This document shows positions 9,825 through 18,834 of a stretch of 64,000 bases of DNA, piece after piece. The notes beneath the pieces were generated by a model, which had not been told where the DNA came from, did no database searches, and saw only the letters and a program-made list of their open reading frames with translations. The DNA is taken from IMG/VR virus record IMGVR_UViG_3300031813_000003, positions 96,001 to 160,000 of that record, one strand, 5' to 3'. The stretch is from a virus. Taxonomy: Duplodnaviria; Caudoviricetes. A program made the position numbers and the translations under genes. Each line of letters opens with the position of its first letter. The stretch's first letter is position 1.

Positions 9825-10729
9825 ATGACTCGTTTAGAGAAAGCACAGAATATCTTCAACGCAGGTTTCAGCACCAAAGCTGACCAGAAATACTGCCTTG
9901 ATATGATCAACCGCTCCTATGATGATCTCCGCAAAAACATCACTACCACCATCCTTGATTTGAGGAACGAAGGTAAAATGAAAGAAGATGTTGCCAATGA
10001 ACTGTACTACTCTGTGCCTTACGGTCTTCATCAGTTTCGCACCAAACATGCCGATTCTCTCAAAGTTCTATTCTCTGCGGAAGTGGCTGAAATCAACGAA
10101 CTGATTGCTTTCAGGAACAAAGCAAAAGAAGCTACCATCACTCCTAAAATCTCCAAGACCGCAGTAGCCAAAGCAGCAGTAGCCGAAATCTCCAAATCCT
10201 CCAATAACAAAATCGAATTAGCAGTAATGCCCTTGAAAGAAGCAGCAATCGAAAGAGCAGAACAAGAAGCTATTAATATGGTTAACATCATGACTACCAA
10301 GCTTACAGCTGCAAATTTTGATCTTGGTGTAGTTGCCCCTGCCCCTAAAGCAACATTAGTGTTAACGAATACCATATCGCAATAGGCAAGCGCAGAATGT
10401 ACCTTCAAATCGTGAAACATGTTTCCGGTTGCCGTAGAAATAATGATCCTGAAATTATTAGAATTTCTGATGACTTAGTTGCAAGGTTTATCAAAATCGC
10501 CAAAGAAGACGCAGCAATCCAGTATGATGAATTCGTTGCAAAACTAGTTATCAAGATTGGTAAGGTAACTGACGCAACTCTGTTTGGGAATCATGTGTGG
10601 AGTTTTTCGATTCTCACCGTGACCAAAGAAGACGGTTCCATAGAGAAGTGGAAAACTCAGATGATCGTGAACATTTCCAAACTTGGGAAACTCTTCAACC
10701 AATGGCCCACGAGGAAGATGAAAAAATAA
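9825..10729 (+). CDS. Hypothetical protein, apparently one gene broken by a frameshift near 10347
   Basis: The -1 frame opens at 10349 and runs (SNISVNEYHIAIGKRR) into ORF 10397-10729; one extra A in CCTAAAG would join them. Confidence 0.55.
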
Positions 10730-10730
10730 A

Positions 10731-10766
10731 TTGACAGTTAAATGGTCTTAGGTTAAGATGAATCAT
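10731..10766 (+). promoter_or_regulatory. sigma70-type early promoter
   Basis: TTGACA-17-TAAGAT-GAATCAT, then an ACAAAGGAG SD. Confidence 0.8.
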
Positions 10767-10793
10767 AAATCAAACCACAAAGGAGATTGAACC

Positions 10794-11228
10794 ATGAAAG
10801 CTGAAGAATTCGTCCTCACTGACAACATCGAACTGGTAGTTGCCAAGATCACGAAACTGAACAAGAAAGCAGACAAACTCCTTTGCCCTCGCATCACGGT
10901 CACCGTGACTGATGAAACCAAGATCGAAGTTTTAAAGAAAAATGCTGAAGCAGGGCGGCTCCAAGACGAAACCTACCACTACACCAAGATCATCATCGAA
11001 GGTGAGACTCCTAAACTGAACGGTTGGAGTTTGGTAGCAGTCAAACATCACGATCCCGATATGGGCTTGATGATCGATACCGTACCTGAGAAGGAAATGC
11101 CCAAAGAATTCAGGGAAACTGGTGATGCATGTGACCATTGCGGTCACAATCGCCGCAGGAACGAAACCTTCATTCTGGAGAAGGAACTGAAAGAACTCTC
11201 CGAAGACGAAAAACTGAGGTATCTCTAA
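10794..11228 (+). CDS. N-terminal half of a conserved phage Zn-binding/OB-fold-like protein
   Basis: KLNKKA, GETPKLNGW, CDHCGHNRRRNETFIL. Confidence 0.6.
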   Translation: MKAEEFVLTDNIELVVAKITKLNKKADKLLCPRITVTVTDETKIEVLKKNAEAGRLQDETYHYTKIIIEGETPKLNGWSLVAVKHHDPDMGLMIDTVPEKEMPKEFRETGDACDHCGHNRRRNETFILEKELKELSEDEKLRYL

Positions 11229-11513
11229 ATGGACAAGCGTATAATTTCTTGGAAACTGAATGATCACGAGGATCATAATAGTTTCTCTAGAGCTTTCATA
11301 TTTGGAGGATACGGGGAAACATTTTCCAATTACTCTGAACTTGTTGCCGAAGCTAAGAGAGATTACCCTACTTTAAAAGATCAGGATATCATCATAAGCA
11401 AAGTTCATACATCAAGTTATATGAAAGGATATTCAGTAATTTCATTCCTTGTCCCTGTTGATTCTGTAAAAAAGGGATATAAAAATTGGGATCAATTCGA
11501 CTTTAATTACTAA
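11229..11513 (+). CDS. Hypothetical protein
   Basis: ORF abutting the upstream stop. Confidence 0.55.
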   Translation: MDKRIISWKLNDHEDHNSFSRAFIFGGYGETFSNYSELVAEAKRDYPTLKDQDIIISKVHTSSYMKGYSVISFLVPVDSVKKGYKNWDQFDFNY

Positions 11514-11523
11514 GGAGAAATTA

Positions 11524-11691
11524 ATGGAAGTAAAAATACTTCAAAATAGCATGGCAGCTAAACTTGCTGATGAAATCAACGCAACTTTAAATGAAGGAGA
11601 AGGATGGGAAATGTTAAACTCTCTCATTGTAGTTGCAACCCCGCAAGATCAATTTATTTGTAAATATGTCCAGATGATGAAAAGAGGGTAA
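11524..11691 (+). CDS. Small hypothetical protein (not in ORF track)
   Basis: AAGGAG SD; MEVKILQNS...EGWE...YVQMMKRG. Confidence 0.55.
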   Translation: MEVKILQNSMAAKLADEINATLNEGEGWEMLNSLIVVATPQDQFICKYVQMMKRG

Positions 11692-11708
11692 ATAAATTCA
11701 TTTTTAAA

Positions 11709-11737
11709 TTGACTAGAAATACATCCTTTGTTATAGT
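11709..11737 (+). promoter_or_regulatory. sigma70-type promoter
   Basis: TTGACT-17-TATAGT; spacer TCCTTTGT is complementary to the downstream ACAAAGGA. Confidence 0.65.
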
Positions 11738-11779
11738 TGTTTTACGAGTTGAGCAAATTAAAACACAAAGGAGTTTATC

Positions 11780-12595
11780 ATGCCAGTTGCCAAGAATGAA
11801 ACCCTGTTCGTAGAAGTTGGGCGCAGCTGCCTCAAAGATTTCCTTTGCACCGAAAAGATTGAATCTATCCTCTGGTCTGCTACATTCACTCAGACGATTA
11901 GTGATATCCTTTCTGAAGGTAGGGAAACTGGTGGGCGTGTTAACCCTGTCTATGCACTGGAACTGGTGCTTGGTTGTGCCATTCACTCTGTCAACGAAAT
12001 CGGTTACATCACCAAGAAAAGGGCAATGGAAGATGAAGTCTGCTCGACTGCTGGTGAGGCAATGTACCTCCTGAACGGTGATCGTTATAACAACGTTGCT
12101 CCCTATGAACCCACTGAAGCAGAACTTGACGAAGCTAGGAAGATCATTGCTTTCGTCAAAGAAGCTAACACCAACAACGACTACATGTTCAATCTGGTGA
12201 AAATTGCCCAAGCTGAGTACACCACTGGTTTGTTTGTTGGTTACGCAGTTTCCATGATCCCCTACTACAGAAGGGAGAGGGCTACTATCCTCGCACAGCA
12301 GAAAAAAGCGCAGACTCCTTCTGAGTTCATTGGTGAAGTTGGCAAGCGTTGCACCTTCGATCTGACCTTCGTGAATTTTTTCACCTTCGAAGGTTTCTAC
12401 GGAGTCACCTACATCTACAAATTCACTGATGTAACTGGCAACGTAGTGATCTGGAAAACCACTTCTGCTGAAGAGTTTGTCCAAGGGGAAGAAGTGAAAA
12501 TGGTTGCAATGGTCAAAGCCCATGAAGTCTACAAAGATCACAAAGGTGGAACTACCAATCAGACCATCGTTAACCGTCCGAAGTTTACCAAATGA
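11780..12595 (+). CDS. C-terminal half of a conserved phage Zn-binding/OB-fold-like protein
   Basis: VEVGRSCLKDFL near the N-terminus; C-terminal SEFIGEVGKR...GNVVIWKT...VKAH..Y...QT..NRP (OB-fold-like). Confidence 0.65.
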   Translation: MPVAKNETLFVEVGRSCLKDFLCTEKIESILWSATFTQTISDILSEGRETGGRVNPVYALELVLGCAIHSVNEIGYITKKRAMEDEVCSTAGEAMYLLNGDRYNNVAPYEPTEAELDEARKIIAFVKEANTNNDYMFNLVKIAQAEYTTGLFVGYAVSMIPYYRRERATILAQQKKAQTPSEFIGEVGKRCTFDLTFVNFFTFEGFYGVTYIYKFTDVTGNVVIWKTTSAEEFVQGEEVKMVAMVKAHEVYKDHKGGTTNQTIVNRPKFTK

Positions 12596-13053
12596 GATAT
12601 ATATTTTTTATATTGGTAATGCTTCTTGCTCCTATCACAGCCAGGGGGCAAGAAGCAAAAACAGAATGGAACACAACTGATACTATCCTTCAGATAATAA
12701 CTACAGGGGCATTAGCTATTGATAGAAGTCAAACTTTATGGATTGCAAATCAAAAATGTATTGATTTTTCTCATATAGTAACTGATTCTAAAGGTGAAAG
12801 ATCATTTGTAGGCAACCCATTTACTACAAATGAAATAAATCCTATAATAGGTAAAAATGCATCAAGAGGACGTATAAATACATACTTTGGTACTGTTGCT
12901 ATTACCCACACATTAATAAGTTATGGATTACGCAAAAGTGGATTAAGTTTTATAGGAATTCCATTAGTTAATATATGGCAAGCAAGTGTAATAACTATTG
13001 AATCTGCGCAAATAGGTAAAAATATAAGTCTAAATATTGGAATGAAATACTAA
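12592..13053 (+). CDS. Hypothetical exported/membrane protein
   Basis: Signal-peptide-like N-terminus; NEINPIIG motif. Confidence 0.55.
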   Translation: MRYIFFILVMLLAPITARGQEAKTEWNTTDTILQIITTGALAIDRSQTLWIANQKCIDFSHIVTDSKGERSFVGNPFTTNEINPIIGKNASRGRINTYFGTVAITHTLISYGLRKSGLSFIGIPLVNIWQASVITIESAQIGKNISLNIGMKY

Positions 13054-13454
13054 CAAAGGAGTTTTATATGAATGTGAATATCTTAATCGAAGATTGTGAA
13101 TCTTGTGGTGGAACTCATTATATTGAACCTTCTGAATTGTATGCACTCAGAATTGATTATGAAAAATGTATTGATGAAATTAAAATCTGTTGCCCTACTA
13201 CTGGTAAATCAATGGTTTTACATACCGACAAATAAAAGGAATTTTAGATATGAAAATGCCAGTGAAAGACTTCAAAATAGTGCCATTACTTTGCCCTGCG
13301 AACTATACCTTTGGTTGTGGAGCATGTAGATACGGCTCACAACTAAATGTAATGAATCCATCAACATCATCTAAAGATAAATTCTTTGGTGATGTTGAGT
13401 GTAATTACATCGATTCATTCAACAACGAATTCACAGTATTAAAACGAGGGAATA

Positions 13455-14261
13455 ATGGCTAAAAAAGTAAAAGAACCAAAAATCCTAACTGATGAAGAAC
13501 TGATTCTTGAAAAGGAGAATACTGCAAAGAAACTCCTTCTTGAGAATTTTATTCCTTCTCCTCCTGCTTCTAGGACTTTCAAAGTAGGGGATATAATCAC
13601 ATATGGCACACATCCAAATGCTGTTATTGTTGGTGTATATGAACAGGGTAGGATTTATGAAATCAAACTTTGGGGAGAGTACTTCTCATATGGCAAATCC
13701 ATAGGGCAACAAGAATCATTCCAGTTTGTTGATTGGACTTCGGTTCTTCCATTAGAATCAAGACATATGAAGTCTGACCTATCAAAAAATCAGGATATCA
13801 GACTCAATTATTCCCAAATGTCTCTAGACTCCATGCTAGGGTGTTACTACAGCTTTGGTATCGATATGAACCCCTCCTATCAACGAGACTTCGTTTGGAC
13901 TCTAGAGGACAATGTTGCCCTCATAGACTCCATTTTCAATAACAGGTCTATCGGTACTTACATCCTCTGTCACAATGGGTATGGAATGGGATATGGTGTT
14001 CCAGGATATGAAGTTCTGGATGGTAAACAGAGGATTAAGGCAATAACTGACTTTTTTGAGGATAAGTTCAAATATGAAGGATTTCTATATACTGAACTAT
14101 CTCCGAAAGATAGGAATTTATTTGAAAATGTTGTCTTTCCTAGGGCTGAAATCAAAAATGCTACATTAGAACAGAAGATTAAAATTTTCATACATGTTAA
14201 TACAACTGGAAACCATATGTCTCCAGAACACCTTGAAAGGGTAAAAGGAATGCTTAAATAA
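13455..14261 (+). CDS. DUF262 (ParB/GmrS-like) domain protein
   Basis: PSYQRDFVW, LIDSI, VLDGKQR, F..VNT.G. Confidence 0.85.
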   Translation: MAKKVKEPKILTDEELILEKENTAKKLLLENFIPSPPASRTFKVGDIITYGTHPNAVIVGVYEQGRIYEIKLWGEYFSYGKSIGQQESFQFVDWTSVLPLESRHMKSDLSKNQDIRLNYSQMSLDSMLGCYYSFGIDMNPSYQRDFVWTLEDNVALIDSIFNNRSIGTYILCHNGYGMGYGVPGYEVLDGKQRIKAITDFFEDKFKYEGFLYTELSPKDRNLFENVVFPRAEIKNATLEQKIKIFIHVNTTGNHMSPEHLERVKGMLK

Positions 14262-14551
14262 TGTATTTTAATAACCAAGTGTTGGAAGCTGTAAACTGTG
14301 TAACAAAATTGAATGATATATATTTTGATTGTACTAATGATGAAGAAAATTTACCATTTACGGTTATCATTGCAGAACCTTATATCAGGGTTGAATTTCT
14401 AAATATTCTGATGTGGGACAATCAAGATTATGATGGTGATTATACTAAAGATGAAGAAGGTGACCTTACAGAAGACAGAGAACCTATATACACTACTGTC
14501 ATTAGAAGAACCAAAGAGTTTATGAAAACTCTGAAGAAGTTAAAATTATGA
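14261..14551 (+). CDS. Hypothetical protein
   Basis: Coupled ORF. Confidence 0.55.
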   Translation: MYFNNQVLEAVNCVTKLNDIYFDCTNDEENLPFTVIIAEPYIRVEFLNILMWDNQDYDGDYTKDEEGDLTEDREPIYTTVIRRTKEFMKTLKKLKL

Positions 14552-14769
14552 AAAATAAACTGATAAACGATATTGCTACTCTTATCATGAAATATGAAGA
14601 TGAAACAAGTGAAATAGTTGGATTTGGTATTTCATTTCCAGATCAACAGTTTGAATACAACGGTGAGAAGTGCAAGAATATAACTGTACAAGGGTATAAA
14701 TGGGCTAAAGTAAATATTGATAAAAAATAATCTTATCGAAGTTACACAAATTAAAAGGAAAATTTAAAA

Positions 14770-15936
14770 TTGGCACTAGATAAAATGAATGTACCCAAGA
14801 CTATCACGGTTGGGTTCAATGAAAGAAGTGATACCTACACAAAGAAACTTGCTTATATCATCTACACAGACGCAAAAGGTGTTCTCAGAAAAGAGAAATC
14901 TTGGGAAGGGTGGAGGGACAAAAAGATCAATCCTGAAACCTATGATAATGAAGCAATGTCAGGGTTTGTCCTCAACAAGAAAGTTGGCGGAAATAACTAC
15001 AGCTGGAACCCAAGAAATACCTATGTAAGGGTGTTCGATCCAAGGGGATTTGAATTTGAAATCTCTGTCCCTAATCTTCTATTTATCCTTCAGGAAACCT
15101 CTTCGATAAAAGGTAAAGGTCTAGAAGGTGAGTTTGTGTATGCTTGGGATGGTGCTGAACTTGTTCTTCTGCCTACTACATGCCAAGAGTATAAAGACTC
15201 AGCAGCTTTCACCACTCTTCAAACCAAGAAGATCACCAAGAATGACATAAAAGAAGGTATGATCTATCTCAACAAAGATAATGATCGTGTTATGTATCTT
15301 GGTAGACATGATTGGACAACTTATAATAGTTCATATGAATACAGTGATATCTATGGGAATTGGCAACCAAGATATAGTGGTAACTACTATGGCTATGGTC
15401 ATGACACATCTACTAGGAAAACCAAAATTAATTACTTCTTGATCACCAAAAAGAAACATGTATTCGTATACATCGACAAAGATGAATACTGGATTCAGGA
15501 TGGATTCACTAAAATTGGTAGAATAGAATCCCCTGATGTTAGCCCATTGTATGCAGAAAAGTATGATACATTCAAAACTAAATGCCCAAATGTTGGTAAT
15601 GAGTTTGAAGTTGTAAAAGAAACTTTCAATGTGAAAGAAAGTCTTGATTTAAACCATACTAGACAATTCAATAGATCATTTCGACTTGGTAATGATAGAT
15701 TCAATGTTAGTTTCAATTCATATATGAAAGCCCCTACCATTATCCTTGAACATAACAAGGATCATTATATCTATACTATTGACTGTGATAAGTTATCCTA
15801 TATCACACCTTCATATACAACAGATGGGGTAAAAACTGTTATATCAGAAGAACAACTAGCTTCACTAATCGGTGATAAATATACATTCAAGAACAAAAAT
15901 AACGATACTACTCTATACATAATGTCAACATATTAA
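14770..15936 (+). CDS. Conserved phage hypothetical protein
   Basis: Long ORF with SD; KLAY..Y.D.KG..RKE.SW, RV.DPRGFEFEI. Confidence 0.7.
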   Translation: MALDKMNVPKTITVGFNERSDTYTKKLAYIIYTDAKGVLRKEKSWEGWRDKKINPETYDNEAMSGFVLNKKVGGNNYSWNPRNTYVRVFDPRGFEFEISVPNLLFILQETSSIKGKGLEGEFVYAWDGAELVLLPTTCQEYKDSAAFTTLQTKKITKNDIKEGMIYLNKDNDRVMYLGRHDWTTYNSSYEYSDIYGNWQPRYSGNYYGYGHDTSTRKTKINYFLITKKKHVFVYIDKDEYWIQDGFTKIGRIESPDVSPLYAEKYDTFKTKCPNVGNEFEVVKETFNVKESLDLNHTRQFNRSFRLGNDRFNVSFNSYMKAPTIILEHNKDHYIYTIDCDKLSYITPSYTTDGVKTVISEEQLASLIGDKYTFKNKNNDTTLYIMSTY

Positions 15937-15950
15937 GGAGAAATAAACAA

Positions 15951-16379
15951 ATGTCTAAACATGATGAAAAAGTAAAAGCAATGTTGGAAGTACTAGAAAC
16001 AAAGAGAAAGGAACTAGGAACAAAACCATCTGGTAGTCTAGTAACCAATGGTCTTCTGAAGTTCAATGATAGAGATCACATCAACATTCAGACTATCAAT
16101 GATATCAAGGTTGCTGTTAACTCCCTTGCATTAGTACTTGGCAACAAACTTGTGTATGAGAATGCCTGTAAACTGCTTGATGTGGAATCTGAATACAACT
16201 ACGGTGGATATGCAATTGAAGATTGGATTGCAGACCTGAAGCATCGTGTTGATATTATCAAATGGAACACAAAACAAGCTGAGTTTAATGCTATCTCCAA
16301 AAAACTTGATGGATTAATCTCTGAAGACCTTAGAACTGAGAAAGAACTTGGTGATATCGAGGCACTTTTAGGGAAATGA
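15951..16379 (+). CDS. Hypothetical protein
   Basis: AAGGAG SD; GY..EDWI.D motif. Confidence 0.65.
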   Translation: MSKHDEKVKAMLEVLETKRKELGTKPSGSLVTNGLLKFNDRDHINIQTINDIKVAVNSLALVLGNKLVYENACKLLDVESEYNYGGYAIEDWIADLKHRVDIIKWNTKQAEFNAISKKLDGLISEDLRTEKELGDIEALLGK

Positions 16380-16633
16380 CCAGATATGATATCATCAATC
16401 TAGGTAAAGAATTTGCAGATGAAAATGATGCTGCATTTGATTTATGGACTTGGTTGCCCTCACATGAAGTGACTAAAAAACATCATAATGATTATGCTGA
16501 TGAATTTAGACCATCAATCAAAGATATTATGTATGAGGCATCTATGTACATGTCTTCCATCAAATATGGCAAAAATGAAATTCATGATGATTGGTTTAAT
16601 AGATGTTGTTGTGGGGAATCCCATGAAGAATAG
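16376..16633 (+). CDS. Hypothetical protein
   Basis: ATGA overlap; ends CCCGESH. Confidence 0.55.
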   Translation: MTRYDIINLGKEFADENDAAFDLWTWLPSHEVTKKHHNDYADEFRPSIKDIMYEASMYMSSIKYGKNEIHDDWFNRCCCGESHEE

Positions 16634-17333
16634 AATCATAGTAGCATATGCAACCAATAGGGACGTTGGATTCCAAAAGTTTTTTAAAAAAGAAGTGAAA
16701 AAGAGTATAGGATGTGACTTTGAAATATGTCCTATCCCTAATAATGGATCAGTGTCCCTTACTAAGACATACAATAAATTTTGGGAAGGATACCCATTTG
16801 ATGAACATGATATATTTCTGTTCATTCACCATGATATCCATTTCAAAAATGTAGGTTGGGGAAAGAATTTACTTAACCTGTTTAATGAATCTGATGCCAA
16901 TATCATTGGTGTGGCAGGGACTGATCATCTTTATAATCATGGCGTTTGGTGGCTTGATCAATCAGGGCAATTTAACCAGAAAGATTTATGGGGAAAGGTT
17001 TGGCACACTGATGGTAAGAAAAACTGGAAGTCTGATTTTACCACTCCAATAAAGAAATGTGAACGTCTTCAGTCTGTAGCGGCAATCGATGGAGTGTTCA
17101 TTGCGTTTGACCCTGATGAATGTGAACAGTTTGACGAGGATTTCGAAAGCTTCCATTTCTACGATCTATCATTTTGCCTTCGAAATTTGGCTTCTGGACG
17201 GTCTATCTATGTAACTGAGACTATCCCTATCATCCATGAGTCCGAGGGCCCTGTGAATGAAATATGGGACCAGAATAGACAACAACTAATTCTTAAATAC
17301 CCAGGAGATCATACTCCAAATATTATACCGTGA
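16623..17333 (+). CDS. Glycosyltransferase family 2-like protein
   Basis: FLFIHHDI, IIGVAG, AIDGVF, FDEDF..FHFYD..FC, IIHES. Confidence 0.8.
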   Translation: MKNRIIVAYATNRDVGFQKFFKKEVKKSIGCDFEICPIPNNGSVSLTKTYNKFWEGYPFDEHDIFLFIHHDIHFKNVGWGKNLLNLFNESDANIIGVAGTDHLYNHGVWWLDQSGQFNQKDLWGKVWHTDGKKNWKSDFTTPIKKCERLQSVAAIDGVFIAFDPDECEQFDEDFESFHFYDLSFCLRNLASGRSIYVTETIPIIHESEGPVNEIWDQNRQQLILKYPGDHTPNIIP

Positions 17334-17807
17334 TTTTTCATAACATCTATAACATCATCAATAAAAGTTACATTTATTTTTGGTTTTATTAATTCTGGTT
17401 TTGTTTGTACATCAGTAATTAAGTATACCCCATGAGAGTTCATAACATCAATCACATCAGCTTTGAATAGCGATATTGTTTCTGGTGTGTTATATTTACT
17501 TTTATTTACTAATTCCTTTATCCAAGCATATTTTTTGCTATTATACTCTCTAACAGAGTATCTTTTCATATTAGCCATCATATTCACTGTTTTAAGCAAA
17601 CCATATTGTTTAGGGTATCTTTTACATAGCAACACATGAGCAAAGAAATGCTCTCTAGCTGTTAACAATACCATATTATCAGATAAATCATTCCCACCCA
17701 TACATCGTGGAATAATATGATGATTTTCAGTACATACTTTCTTTGATCTTATTAAAATTTGGTTGTTACGTTTTTCGATAAGCGCATTATACTCTTTCAT
17801 AATTCAT
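17309..17807 (-). mobile_element. MobE-like HNH homing endonuclease (likely true start MNYERV at 17807, with a 2-nt indel)
   Basis: ENHHIIPRCMGG...NMVLLTAREHFFAH; opposite strand to its neighbours; late promoter in a hairpin upstream. Confidence 0.8.
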
Positions 17808-17848
17808 ATATGACTCCTATATTTTAAACTATTTATAGGAGTCGTATA
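17807..17848 (-). promoter_or_regulatory. T4-type late promoter TATAAATA inside an SD-sequestering hairpin
   Basis: Minus strand reads GACTCCTATAAATA...TATAGGAGTC, then ATG. Confidence 0.75.
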
Positions 17849-17933
17849 ACTCATATAGAGTTATGATAATGCTTTATATAAAGCAAACTTGTATATTTTA
17901 TATATAAACTAATATGAAATCAACCACTTGCAG

Positions 17934-17950
17934 TTGGCACAGATACTGCT
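17934..17950 (+). promoter_or_regulatory. Putative sigma54 (RpoN) promoter
   Basis: TTGGCACAGATACTGCT = GG-N10-GC with TGGCAC; AT-rich upstream region; SD about 22 nt downstream. Confidence 0.55.
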
Positions 17951-17988
17951 TTATCAATAGAAACAAACTAAAAAGGAGTATCACCCAA

Positions 17989-18204
17989 ATGAAACTATCA
18001 GCAATCGTACTAATCGTATCATCACTTTTCGCAACCTCTGCATTCGCTAAAGCAACTTCAACTACAACCCTTGCAACTGCAACACCAAAGGTTGCCCAGG
18101 CTCAAATGTCTTCAGCTAAGAAAGTGAAAGCAAAAGCAGTGAAGAAAGCTAAGAAAGCAGCAAAGGCAAAGAAAGTTGTTGCTCCAGTAGCAGTAACCAA
18201 GTAA
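17989..18204 (+). CDS. Secreted Lys/Ala-rich small protein (Asr-like)
   Basis: Signal peptide ending SAFA; Thr-rich linker; KKAKKAAKAKK; AAGGAG SD. Confidence 0.7.
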   Translation: MKLSAIVLIVSSLFATSAFAKATSTTTLATATPKVAQAQMSSAKKVKAKAVKKAKKAAKAKKVVAPVAVTK

Positions 18205-18222
18205 TTCAGTATTGAACTGTAT

Positions 18223-18259
18223 AAAAGGATAGGTGAGATACAATTCGCCTATCCTTTTT
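18223..18259 (+). terminator. Intrinsic (possibly bidirectional) terminator
   Basis: AAAAGGATAGGTGA...TCGCCTATCCTTTTT. Confidence 0.8.
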
Positions 18260-18295
18260 CATAAATAAAGATAAACTCACAAAGGATATACTTTT

Positions 18296-18517
18296 ATGGA
18301 CTTCAATAAAGCTTTACAAAAACTCCAAGAAGATACAGTTCAAGATCAACAATTAGCAGTAAAGAAAGCCGCTGCCCTAGCTAAATTTCAAGCAGCTAAA
18401 CAACTTCAGCCAGGAGACGATATAATTCCTGATCCATCTGATCCTACTGGCAATAAATGGAAAATTCTTCCAGCTGCGGTGAAGCAACAAGCTAATAACG
18501 CAACTCTATCACGTTAA
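18296..18517 (+). CDS. Hypothetical late protein, possibly an internal head protein
   Basis: CATAAATA at 18260; N-terminus MDFNKALQKLQE (L-x-E). Confidence 0.5.
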   Translation: MDFNKALQKLQEDTVQDQQLAVKKAAALAKFQAAKQLQPGDDIIPDPSDPTGNKWKILPAAVKQQANNATLSR

Positions 18518-18529
18518 AGGTTAGAAATA

Positions 18530-18718
18530 ATGAATGAAAAATTACAAAGTATTTCCATTAAACTTATTCTAACAATCCCTGCACTTGTTGTAGGGATTGT
18601 TACCGCTTTACTTTTCATCCTGAAACCAGTTATAGAACTATGGACTGAGAAGAAATTCAATCAAAAACCAATTCCTCTTGAAGTATCCAAACCAGAACCA
18701 AATCACACCTTTATGTAA
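18530..18718 (+). CDS. Small membrane protein
   Basis: Single hydrophobic helix. Confidence 0.55.
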   Translation: MNEKLQSISIKLILTIPALVVGIVTALLFILKPVIELWTEKKFNQKPIPLEVSKPEPNHTFM

Positions 18719-18724
18719 TTACAT

Positions 18725-18758
18725 TTGACAAAAGACCTTGCTATATGGTAAGGTCTTT
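18725..18758 (+). promoter_or_regulatory. sigma70-type promoter overlapping a hairpin, upstream of DNA polymerase
   Basis: TTGACA-18-TAAGGT; AAAGACCTT/AAGGTCTTT inverted repeat. Confidence 0.6.
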
Positions 18759-18834
18759 ATATCCCCTATTTTAAAAATTTAAAAGTCTATCTAGTTTACT
18801 AGGGTAAGAATGATGTTAGACCCAAGGAGTACGA

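Noticed and set aside
10340-10352. Programmed -1 frameshift
   Set aside because: No canonical slippery heptamer is present, and similar single-base losses occur elsewhere, so an indel is more likely.
11654-12541. 295-aa minus-strand ORF
   Set aside because: Antisense shadow of 11780-12595 with no motif; the + strand gene has the promoter and SD.
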